This document shows positions 1 to 11,502 of a stretch of DNA of 64,000 bases, in pieces. The stretch covers positions 1,798,001-1,862,000 of the forward strand of contig LSRY02000002.1 in the NCBI GenBank assembly GCA_001643675.2. Direction: 5' to 3'. The DNA is from Monocercomonoides exilis PA203 (taxonomy: Eukaryota; Protista; Preaxostyla). The stretch's first letter is position 1. Every line of letters begins with the position of its first letter. The notes beneath the pieces are model-generated. The model searched no databases and was not told the DNA's origin. It was given only the letters and a program-made list of their open reading frames with translations. The position numbers and the translations under genes are program-made.

Positions 1-3000
1 TTGTTCTTTGAGCAGAGTTGAGCAGCTGCATCACCAATGGAAGGTTCTGGGGAGGATTTGAAGAGGAAGGAGACGAAGAAGCAGAAGCAGAAGCAGAATT
101 TGAAGCAGACGAAGATGGAGATGGACCAAGCTGAAGAGCAGGAGAAGGCAAAGAAGAACCTTGCTGAGAGTTGTCAGACGAGGGCTGTGTTGGAGAAGAC
201 GAGGCAGATGAAAGAGAAAGAGAAAGCGAAAAGGCTGTGCCAGATCTGACGAATGAAGCAGCAGTTGTTGAAAGGGGAAGTGTTGTCAAAGGAAGAGGGG
301 CTGATGCATTGGAATAATTAGACTGAGACTGAGACTGAGATTGAGATGCTGTGGTGTCTGCATTTGATGAAGAAGGCGTAGCAGTTGAGTTGGAGTTTAA
401 GTCTGCCCTGTCAGGAGCAGATTCCAGTGCTTCTTTGTCTGAGCCGTCGATGTCTTCGAAGTCAGACAGTGAAGATGAAGACTCAGAATCTGAGTGAGAC
501 AAGCCAGGGGGAAGATTGACGGTGTCTGATTCATTGCATCTTGAATGCTCTGAATGGTCTTGCGACGACACAGAAGGAGAAAGCGAAGTGGTTGAAGAGG
601 CCTCAGAAACACGGGAATAGGCAGAGTTTACGCTGGCCACTGAGATTGTGGGTGAAGACGAGGAAGGAGAAGAAGGCGATGAGGAATGAGAGGAAAGTGC
701 AGATGGAGGAGGTGTAGAAGCAGGCTGTATCGATTCTGCCTGGCTTTCTGCTGACTGAGCTGTCTGTTGTGAATCATTGACGGGTGAGGCTAATCTGATG
801 ATAGGCTTTCTGCCGCTGAAATCGCTTGGTGTCTCCAGCAATGCTTTGTGTGGCTGGATGTGAAGAGAAGAGGAAGACATGGCAAACATCTGAGTGGAAG
901 AGTCACGAGATGGCTGTGAAGTGACTGCAGTGGCTGTAGTGGAGAGAGAAGGGGGAAATGAGGCAGGGAGAGATGAAGTGGGTAAAGGAAGGGACAAAGA
1001 TTGTGGTTGTGAGGAAGAAAAGCTTGGTGGAACAGAAGAAGCAGAGGAAGAGGGAGAGGAAGATGGGGAGGAAGAGGAAGAGGAAGAGGAAAAGGAAGAA
1101 GAAGAAGAAGAAGAAGATGTTTGAGTATCAGCATCACTTGAATCACTGGCGGGAGCATCACTTCGCAGATGATTCAGCGATGCTCCCGCTGTCGCAAAAA
1201 AAGACTGCTGAGAAGCAGACGAAGAGGAAGAAGAAGAGGAGGAGGAGGAAGGAGATGAAGAAGTTGCAGATGGAGGAGGGGGTGGTGGTGGTGGAGAAGG
1301 TGCCTTTGAAGGGCTGTTTGTATTGGAAGATTGGTTTGTTGGGGCAAAACTGGCAGCCGGCGGTGATGTGGTTGGCGAGACGGAACCAGAAGATGCCGAA
1401 GTGGATGATGAAGTGGGAACAGAAGAGGAAGAAGAGGAAGAAGAGGAAGAAGAGGAAGAAGAGGAAGAAGAGGAAGAAGAGGAAGAAGAGGAAGAGGAAG
1501 AAGGGGAAGAGAAGGAAGACGAGTGTGAATGAGACAGCAGTGAGGCGTTCTGAAGGACATTTGATTGGGAGCCAGAGTTGTGCAGAGCAGGGGGTGAGTT
1601 CATTGGTGGGGACATTGTCGATGGAGTGTGCTCAGATGGATGATGAGATGGGGTCTTCTGCTGAGAAGTGGAAGAGGGAGACTTCTGGAGAGGGCTGAAG
1701 GTGGCGAGATGAGAAGGCTCAGAAGAGGAAGAGGAAGGAGAATAAGAAGAGGAAGACGAAGATGAAGAGGAAGAAGATGAGGAGGAAGGTGAGAAGACTG
1801 GTGGATGCAGCGGCGGGTGAGGTGAAGAGACAGGGGTTATGCTGTTGGATGGCACAGAAGCATTGCTTGCAGGCTCAAAATTGACCGATCGATGCACTGA
1901 GTCAATGGTCTGTGCGTGAGTTTTGCTAAAATTTGGTACATTCATTGTGATTGGTTCGTTGGAGGAGCCTTCGTGGTGCAGGTCGGGTGAGGCAGAGAAC
2001 GTGCGAGGGCGACGAGAGGAAAGAGAAAGGGTGTTTGGGGAAGAGTGGGAGGAAAGGCTGTGCTGAGTGGAAGCGTTGCCACCAGAGATGAAAGATGTGG
2101 GAGAAGAGAGAGAGATCTGAGAGAGAGGCAGTCCAGGTGTTGAAGGCCCCACGCTGGAGACGCCAGAAGGAGAGTAGATGGAAGAAGGCATCGGAGAAGG
2201 AACCTGAGTGAGCATGCCAGAGACAAGAGAAGGAGAGGTGCCAGAGACAGGGGTTATGGATGTGAGGGAGGCAGCAGTCGAGGCTGGAGTGGAGATTGAC
2301 TGTCTTGCTGCGTCGTCTTCGCTGGACACGTGTGATGCCTTGTCTGAGTTCCGTGCATTGAATATCATGTCCCCTTTCTGTATCATTGCCCTGGTGCTTG
2401 TGTCCAGATTAGCAGTTGGTCCACTCAGATGTGGTTGTTCTCCAGATGATGCAAAAGGAGACCCGCCAGCAGAAGGAGAGGAGAGTGTTGTGAAACTGAA
2501 GGACTTGCTCTGACTGGGGCTGAAGGGAGACAGCTTGCCTTTGGACGCATCCTTTTTTTGCGATTGGTCCTCGTTCAGAAAGGGCGCGTTGTTTGACGCA
2601 GGGAAAGAAGGAAGAATGGGCTGAGTGTATTCTTTTGGGAAAACAGGCGCCTGTGGAGAAAGAGTCAACGATTTACCGTCGTTTTTTTCATCGCTGAGAG
2701 AACCAGTTTGCGGCATCTGCTCATTTTGGGGGTTATTTTCCATATTTGCTGAAGATGATGCCAATGCTTGATGTGACCAGCTGGATGCTAATCTTGCTTC
2801 TCCGTTGTCACCTGAATGCTCTAAAGGAGAAGGTGTCACTGTGTCTGTGCTGACAGGCATTGAAGCTGCTGCATTTGACTCAGACGATTGGGCTTCTGTG
2901 TTGCTGACATTTCCCTTTTCAGCATCAGCAAAAGGCGAGGCAGCATAATTAGCTGTGGCATTTGCATCTTTCTCGTTGCTCTTGTCAGTCTGCTTGGACA

Positions 3001-6000
3001 GTTTCATATCATTTTGAGGGTTGCTTTGTGTGATTGTTGCCATCAAGGAGGACACTGACGAAAAAGAAGAGGAAGAAGTTGTTTGAGGAGGAGCGGCAGG
3101 CAGACGAACATGTAGCGATGAAGAGAATGCTGAAGGAGACGCAGCCTGTCTGGGAGAAGGCAGAGATGAGGGCGTTGTTGATGGAGGCTGCTTCAGAAGT
3201 GGGAATGAAGGGATCACTGATTGCGACGCTTGCTGCTGTTGTTGTTGACTTTGTTGAGTCTGTTGAGTTTGCTGTGTCTGTTGCGACTGCTGCTGGAACA
3301 CTCTCTGCTGACTGGAATAGGTCAGCTGTTGTTGTTGCTGCTGCTGCTGCTGAAAGGACGTGTCTGTCTGTTGTGTCTGTGAGGCAAAGCCCAGCTGCTG
3401 CTGATGCGACGAGAACCACTGGGCAGCCTCAGCAAAGTGTGTGGTTGTGTTGCGTGTAGAGGAAGGGAGGTCGCTATTGGGAACAGAGACAGAGTTTAAG
3501 AGAGGGAGAGGAGGGACATGTGCAGCGGATGGAGCAGATGCCATTCCGAACGGAATCTGCTGAGGGTTCTGTAACTGCAGCTGGGGCTGCATCTGGTTCT
3601 GCCCATATGCGCCTATTGACTGCGCAAGATGTGAATATCCCATTGGTGTGGGAGATGCAACAGAGAGCGGTGTGGCGGGGGCTGTCTGAGCAGCTGCAGC
3701 AGATGAGGGAAGCAGGCCAGCCCCGTCTCCTGTTCCGCTGATGATGTTTCTGCCTAGCTCGTACTGCCCTTGAATAGCCTGCTGGATCTGCTGTACTTGC
3801 TGCAAAGAAAGACTTCCGTTAATCAGATTGCTGAGATTGTTGCCAGCAGTTGCTTGTGGATGCCCTCCTAATAAAGAGACTGAGTGAACATAAGAAAGAA
3901 AGATAGAAAGAAAGTATTATCAGCAAAATTGAATGAAGAATGATTAAAAGGGAAAAGAAAAGAAAAAAACATTTCAATAAGCATTATTTGACTTTTTTTC
4001 ATAAAACAGAAACACAATCTTTGACAAATATTAAATTGAAATACAAAAATATAATCGCAAATAAAATTGATAACCAACAAAATTGACTCCTAAACGAAAA
4101 AACACAACCGCAAAGAGTCATATCAGCAATAATCAAACCTTTCCCGTCGAGTCCCATAGCGTATCCTTGTTGCTGTGCATACGAAGCAAATTCTTCCTTC
4201 ATCATCATTGGATCAATCCCCTGATTTTTGGCATTAGATTCTGCAATAAGCCTCTGTGCCGAGGTGAAGAATCGTGTGTCGTCAAAGAAGGTGTTCAGAG
4301 ACAGGCGCAGATGCGAAAATGGCATGTCATATGTCAAAATGCGGCCAAGGAGTGTGGGGAGTGCAAATTCGTTGATTCCGTTCATGGTCTCATACATCAT
4401 GTTGGACTCATCATACAAACTGCCTTCATCGGGAAGGCCATTCTGAGAGGTGATCATAGACATCAGAGACCGAGGAACAAAAGGTAATGTGTTGTGATGC
4501 AGCTTCTTCTCCTCTTTCTCTTTCTCTTTCTCTCCTTCTGTTTTGTTGCTGTTGTTACTGCTGCTACTGCCAGCTGCTGCATTTGATGCAGACGCTGAAG
4601 GAGAAGGAGCAGGTGTTGGCGACTGTGCAGGCTTTGTACTTGGCGAAGAAGGTGGCGATGGCGAATGATAATCTCCAGACTCTCTGAATCGTGTGCCCAT
4701 CAGTGCATTGCACCTGACGTAGAGTGAAGGAGGCAGCGGATCAACCAGCACACGCGACAGCTCGCGGTAGGCGTGGCCGAAGAGCTCCTTGATGAAGTGG
4801 TAGTTGTAGGCAGAGCGGGCTGTGTTGTTTGTCTGGTCCAGTGGGTCTTCCACCACAAGTGGATGCTCTCCATGATTCACTCCTTCCAGCAGAATCGCTC
4901 TTTTCGTCCGGATCACATCCATCGGAATGTATGAGCCCTCACCCCGCACAGAAATAGCGTATCTTGCATAGGAGAAGCGGGGTTCACCAGAAGGAGGCAG
5001 CGGAAGATCTTCAGACTCAGAGTAGAGCTGGTAGAATGTTACTAACAATCTGCCCAGACTCACTTTGCTGGGGTCTTCGCCGAAGTTGCGCTTGAACTGC
5101 TGGATGTGTGAGAGGACGAGCAGAGAGAGAGGGTAGCCACTGATACCTCCAGTGTATGGCTCATTCAGCTTGTTCTCGACTAAGTGTGCCTTCACAATGA
5201 GGATGATGTAGCGTGCTTGAGGATACACAGTGATCATGCAGCGGAGGAAGTCTGTGTTGATGATGCCAGTGAGCTGCCCGTAACCGATGTCAGAATGAAC
5301 ACCTGTTGGCTCATCTTCCACTTTGATGATGGGAATACGTGCAGAAGAGATGAATTTCGCTTCTTTCACAACTTGGCCTTCGGTTAGAAGCTTGTGCAGA
5401 TGGGAGAGGAATGAGTGGATGTCGTTGTGGGAGACAGATGGGCCTGGGGGAAGACTGAAGTGGGTGCGCTGAAGCTCTTTGAGGAAGTGCTCGGAGGGTC
5501 CTACCGGAGAAGATGAAGAAGAAGAAGAAGAGGAAGAGGAGGATGAGGACGAGGATGAAGATGAAGATGAAGAAGAGGCAGGCTCTTGTTCTATTAGAGG
5601 AGATGGTGATGGTTCTAATGAATTGGAAGATGAAGAGGAAGAAGAAGATAATGATGAATTGTTTATAGACAAAGGCGTTGGTGATTGTGTTGCAGATGCT
5701 AATGGTGATACAACTTGTTTTTCAGTTGTATTTGAATCTTTATTGTTTGTTGTCAGTGGTTGCGGAATCTTCTCTTTCTCTTCAGCTTCTTCTTTCTCTT
5801 CTTTCTCTTCTTTCTTTTCGTTTCCTGAAAGTGCTGAATTCGATTGTGATTCCTTTTCGGCCTCTTCCTCTTTGCTAAGCTTGTCTGCTTTCTCTTCTTC
5901 TGAAACTTGTCCAATAAGAGTTTTTTCGGTCTTTTCTGTTATGTTTTCATTCTCTGTTTTTATTTCATCAACTTTATCAACTTGACTTTGAGCGCTTGCT

Positions 6001-9000
6001 TCTAATTCATCTTGTTTGGCTTCTTTCTCTTTGATTTCTGAAGAAGCATCTGATTTTGTCTCTTGTTCACTCTTTTTCTCTTCCTTTTCGTTTTGACTTT
6101 GCTTTTGTTTTTCCTCTTCTTTAATATCCTCTTTTTCTTTTTCCTTAGCATTTTCTTTATTCTCTTCCTTTATTTGTTCTTCTTCCACCATCTTCACATC
6201 ATTCGTCTCAACTGTGAGTCCTTCATCAGTTTTCGTTGTTATGCTCGTCTTGTTTGGCATTATCACCTTCAGTGCTGTTTCTGTCTCTAGTTTCCCTTCT
6301 TTCTTTGGTTCAGCCTTGTTTTCTGCATCTTTCTCTGTACTCTCTGCTTTCATCTCTTCTTCTTTCTGTTCTGCTTCTGAACTTTCTTTGCTTAATTCTT
6401 TTGTTGAATTCTTGCTCTCATTTTCTTTGTTATCGTCTGCAGCAACATTTTGTGTCTTCACTTCTTCACTTTCATTTGCAATTGATTGTCCTTTTAATGA
6501 ATTATTTTGCTGCTGTTCAGTCACTTCTTTGGCAGCCAACAGCTTTTCTTTCTCCTCCTCCTCTTTTTGATGGCTTTCGTTCAATCTTTCCAATTCCTTC
6601 TGCTTCTCTCTCTCTTTCCTCTCCTTCTCCTCCTCTTTCCTTTTCTTCTCCATCATTTTGCTCTTCATCTTCTTTTCTCTCCTTATCTTGCTCTCTGGAT
6701 CCTCCTCTCCTGCCCCTGCATCTTCCGCACTCCCTGCTGCCCCAATAGCACCTGCCCCGCCAGCTGCAGCTGAAGACGCATCCAACATAGAAGCCGACGA
6801 GGACGAAGTAGAAGCTAACCCCGCTGCTGCACCAGCTGCTGCTCCTGCTGCTGCTGACAAGGCAGAAGGAGAAGCAGCAGGAGTTGTCAGAGCCTTGCGA
6901 ATTTCCTTAAGAAAGTGGTGTTCAGCGCGCCGTGGCTCAGCAAAGCGGTAGAAGTCCTTCAGCCCTGGGGCAACGAGGTTGTTTGGAGGAGAGAGGTAGT
7001 TCTCGCACAGCACAAGAGGAGACGAGAAGTCGAGGATGTGCTGCACCTCTGAAGACAGAGGGACCGAAAGCAGCTCCTTCAGATTGATCACCTGCGAAGG
7101 CGTGGTGAATGGCACATCTGCTGAGCTGTCCTCAGGAAGTGGAGAGTCAAATCCGAAGTTCGGATTCGCGTTCTCTTCGATCTTCAGCGCGATCTTCGTG
7201 TCGCAGTTGCATTTGCGGTGGAAGAGTACAGCGCCGCAGGTGTGGCACACTTTGACCTTCACGTGGTGGCTGTGGAAGGATGCTATGCCTTGTCCGATTC
7301 GCCGCCTCAGCGTCGTCATCAGGCTGTGTGCTGCTTGTGATGGTGGTGCTATTTTGAAGTTCGTATGCTCATTCTCGTTCTTTTCGGTCTCATTCTTCTC
7401 CTTTTCGGCTTCGTTCTTTTCACCTTCTTTTTCCTCTTGTGTACGTCTTGTGCTGTCATCTGTGCTTGCAATGCTTGCAGCATTTCCTGTTTCCTCCTCC
7501 ATTTTGAACTTGTCTCCGTGCCAGCACTGAAACAGCGAGCGCATAATCCTCTGGCAGCGCTGGATGTATCTGTGCTGCTCCACAGTTATGATCACAAGAT
7601 CGATATCTGACCGCGGGAGAGACAAGTACGAGGAGAAGGAGCCATACACACAGAGCAGCAGAGATGGGTTCACTTTATGCACGCACGAGAGGATTCTGTT
7701 GATGAGGTCGAAACGCGCCAGGCAGTCGGCTTTGGAGAGCGACATGTATGTGTAGAAGTTGAGGATCTCCTGAGTGAGCAGGTCTTCGCGAACAACCTGG
7801 TTAGACGCGCAGATGGAGAGAAGCTTGACGTGTGTGTTGTTGTAGCAGAAGGGGATGGGCAGTCTGTTGTGTGTGTGCAGCGCCAGAGACGGCGGAATGG
7901 CATTCGCACCAGACAAAGCTGAAGTGTAGATTGAAGCAGTAGACAAGATGTTTGTGTTCCCCGTTGTGGAGGATGGTGTGATTGAAGGCGAAGGCGAGGG
8001 AGTCTGCGGCATTTCAGCTGCTTCTCCTTCCTTCGCAGCCTCAAAGGGACGCAGCTTCTTCAATGCCAGTTCTCTGTGCTTCTTTCGCGTCTCAAAGTTC
8101 AACCGCCAGCTGACAGACTTGCTCCCAGTCAGCCAGTAGTCCTCCTCAGGCCTCACCACCACCGAGGCAAAGTTGTTGATGCGTTCTCTGTCTGAATGCG
8201 TCAGCTGTGCCAGCGACGCTGTCAGACTCGCCTTTGTGAGTGTCTGCAGCAGCGAGGACGGTGCAGAGTACGGGTCGAGGTAGTCGTACAGCCCATTGGG
8301 CGTCTTCATCCACGGCACCTGCGCCATCTGATGATCCACCTCAGTCAGGGGCACCAAATAGTTGTCGTCCAGAGGCTCAGACGAGATCACGCGGAGCGGA
8401 AAGGGCTGCTGGCATTTGTCCTGGAGTGAGTTGAAGTACAGGAAGAAGTGCCTGTTGATCAAGAAAAGAGGCGAAAGAGGAGAAGGAATCTGACGAAGGA
8501 TCTCTTCGGCTGCGCTGGTTGTGATCTTTTTTGGCTCTATTTGATATTGTGGCAGGATTTGCTGCTGCTGCTGGAGCTGCTGCGAAGACTGTGTTTGTGA
8601 CGTCAAAAAGGATTGCTGGTGTGTGTGGAACAGAGACTGCTGCAGCTGGCTGGGGTGTGTGTATTGCTGGTTGATGTCTGAGCTGAAGGTGCTGCTGAGC
8701 ATCCCACTGCTGCTGGCCATTGCGGCAGCTGAAGAGCGCTCCATTGGCGGAGGAAGGAGGTGGCTCGGCACCACAAAGGGAGGTGCCTGTTGAGGGAGGA
8801 GAGAGTTTGGTGTGGTTGGAGTGGTTGTTGGCGGAGGGACAGAATGGTTGTGTGCTGAGAGAGCAGACGAGACTGGTGGGAGCGAAGGAGCAGAAGGCAA
8901 CTGGACTGAAGGTAGATGCGCTGCTGGGTGATGGGCAGCAAGAGAATGAACCTGTTCTTGTTGTTGTTGCTGCTGTTGCTGCTGGAACTGCTGAAGTGCC

Positions 9001-11114
9001 TGTAGCTGCTGAAGTGCCTGCAGCTGCTGCTCGGCTGTGAAGCCTGCTTCGCCCATGCCATTTCCCTGGAGAATGACCTGAATCCCTGCTGGTGTCGACA
9101 AAAGAGCAGCAAGGCTCTGCGCGCCCATGTCTGACGGCTGCATCTGCTGCCCATTTGCAGCCAAAGAGCTCAGCGCCTGTGCTGAGGAAGGGTTGCCAAG
9201 CATCGACTGGGGTGTGAATGAGGAGATGCCTGAAGTGTTGGTGAGGCTGGTGGCTGTTGAGGACTGCGACTGGTAGAAGGAGTATTTCGGAAGAATAGCA
9301 GGAGGTGCTGGAGGAATGGTTGCAGGAGCGTTCTGATGATATTCAGTCGCAAGTGGCAGTGATGAAGAGCCAGAAGAGGTAGATGATGATGATGATGTTG
9401 TTGTTGTTATTGTTGAATTGGCTGAGTTAGGTACAGCTGCTTGTGGTAATGATCCAGGAAATGAAGGAAGGTTGTCAGAAGGCGCCTGTACTGGAGGAAG
9501 GAACGAGTGCTGCTGTTGTTGTGTGGGTGACTGAGAAATTGGCGGATGCAAAGGAGGAAGAGAAGATTGTGTCGATCCAGTGCCTTGTGAAAGAGAAGTC
9601 AATGATGATGTCGATGATGACGGATTCGATTGCACATGCGAAAACGTAGACTGAGAAGGAGGATGGGGTTGAGCTACGTTGAGCAGCGGGGTGAATGAAG
9701 GAGACATCACAGAAAGTGACTTTTCAAGCAAAGAAGTGACAGGCGGGTGCTGGTTGGGAAGAGACTTAGGCGGAGAATGCGCACGATGCGGATGAGGATA
9801 CGAAGGAGGCGGGAAGTATTTCTGTGAGGAAGAAGGCGGAGTGGGCAGAATTGCAGCTGACGAAGCAGCCGGCGACGAAAGAGCAGAGGAGTTTGCACTG
9901 GCAGTTGATGCTGCGCCAGCAACCGATGGCGAAATAGAGACAGCTGGAGACGGTGGCTGAGACGCAGCCAGTGATTCAGCCTGGTGAGACTGAACAGGAG
10001 TTCCCATTGCATACGTCTGGTGCGGTGGCTGGAAAAGAGGAGTTGACGAAACAAGACCCTGCGATGAGCTGTTCTGTGAATGAGAACCTGCTCCAAACGA
10101 ACCAGAAGACTGATGCGAGTATGTCCCATTCATTTCGGATTGGTGACTGGATATTGGATGCGGCTTTTGTATTGTCACAAGAGAATTTGAATTGTTATTC
10201 TTTTGCGGGTTTATGTAATTCAGAGGAAATTGCACAATTTGAGTATTTGGTAATAAAGGTGATTTTGATTGATCAATCGGAGCTTGCTTCAAACTTTCCT
10301 TTGATGATGATTGAAAGGATGAATGAATTCGAGGTGATTGAGGTTTAGAAGAATGAGGCAATGCTTCCATTACAACTTGTGAAGAAGAAGATGTTAATTG
10401 ACCCAAGCTTGTTGATGATGAAGAAGTGGATTGAGGTTTTGAAGGTTGTTGCGCAAATTGTACACCTTGTGTATGCTTTGGTGATTCGATTGCTTGAAAT
10501 TGTTTCGATTGCTGATTTTGCTGGGGTGAATGTATTAAAGGAGGAGATGATTCTTTTCCTGGATTTTGAATAGTTCGATATGTGTGTTCTTCTTTCTGTT
10601 CGGATAAAGTTGAATAATCTTCTTGGTTTTGCATGTCTGATGTTTGTTGTTGACTTTGTTTTATTGGTGGAGTCGTTGGATTTGGCGATTGTCTCGGTGG
10701 AGTTTGCTTTTTTCTATCTTTCGGCTTTGATTGCTTCGCTTTCATATCAAGTTCTTCATTTCCAGAATCTACACTCTGTTCTTCGACTTGTTCAAAATCA
10801 AAAAATGATTTTTCAGATTGTTCTGTAATTTTTGTTTCTTGTTTGTGTTTGGAAATTTCTAAATCTCGATTTTCTTTGCTTTTTTCCAATGATTCTCGTT
10901 GTAGCGAAGTGAGTGGCACCTTCTGCATCCTTTTATCTCTAGACGTAGCAGAGGAAGAAGGATTTGGCAGGACAGTTTCCTGCCCGGACGAAGATTGGTT
11001 CATAAAACCTCCTCCATTTCCTTGTGGTTGAGAAGCTTTTTCTCCTTTTCCTTTTTTTCCTCCTTCCTTTTTGCCTCGTTTAGATGATTTTGAAGTTGTT
11101 TCCATCATGTCCAA
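1..11114 (-). CDS. Giant Trf4/PAPD5 (Cid1-family) non-canonical poly(A) polymerase; exons 11114-4139 and 3867-<1, 3' end outside window
   Basis: Motifs YGSFSSYLSLPRSDIDLVI (GS..DxD), ARIPIIKV..DIGY (third Asp), NEPYTGGISGY and PAP-associated LVVEDPLDQTNNTARSAY. A phase-1 GT-AG intron at 4138-3868 (AAAG|gtttga...tttattag|GA) joins a frame that was open wherever spot-checked, down to base 1. Confidence 0.85.
1424..1502 (-). repeat. (GAAGAGGAA)n-type coding microsatellite encoding poly-Ser on the - strand
   Basis: Near-perfect 9-bp tandem repeat inside the second exon of the polymerase gene. Confidence 0.8.
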
Positions 11115-11502
11115 GAGGACAAAGATGCAATTTGATCAACCACAGTAGATCGTAAACACTGATCTGAGTTATTATAATAATTATGCGGGGAATTGATCAA
11201 TAATAAACATCAAAAACCTTAATCTTGGATGCGGATATCCCTAGTCTAAAAATGATATACCGCGTGTTATTTTATTTGCATGGTGTAAAGGCAAAATGAA
11301 ATAATAAATAAAATTTGTTAAAATTGATGATGTGAAGAATAATAATAAAAATAACAATAAATAAATAAAAATAGATAGTCACATTTTAAACAAAATCTTC
11401 CAAATATTAATCAAAAATAAAAAACTACCCTCCACGAACGCATGTGGCATTTTTCCGATGTTTCATAAAACAATTGCTAAAACCATTCTTTTTTCTCATC
11501 TT

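Noticed and set aside
37-3741. Many + strand poly-Glu/Lys/Arg ORFs (also opposite the other large genes)
   Set aside because: Antisense shadows of TCN poly-Ser tracts in the real genes; no independent motifs.
3999-4138. C-terminal hydrophobic membrane anchor on the 2371-aa ORF
   Set aside because: Read-through into a T-rich intron.
5400-7590. Intein in the polymerase
   Set aside because: No recognisable splice-junction (C/S...HN) or homing-endonuclease motifs; largely low complexity.
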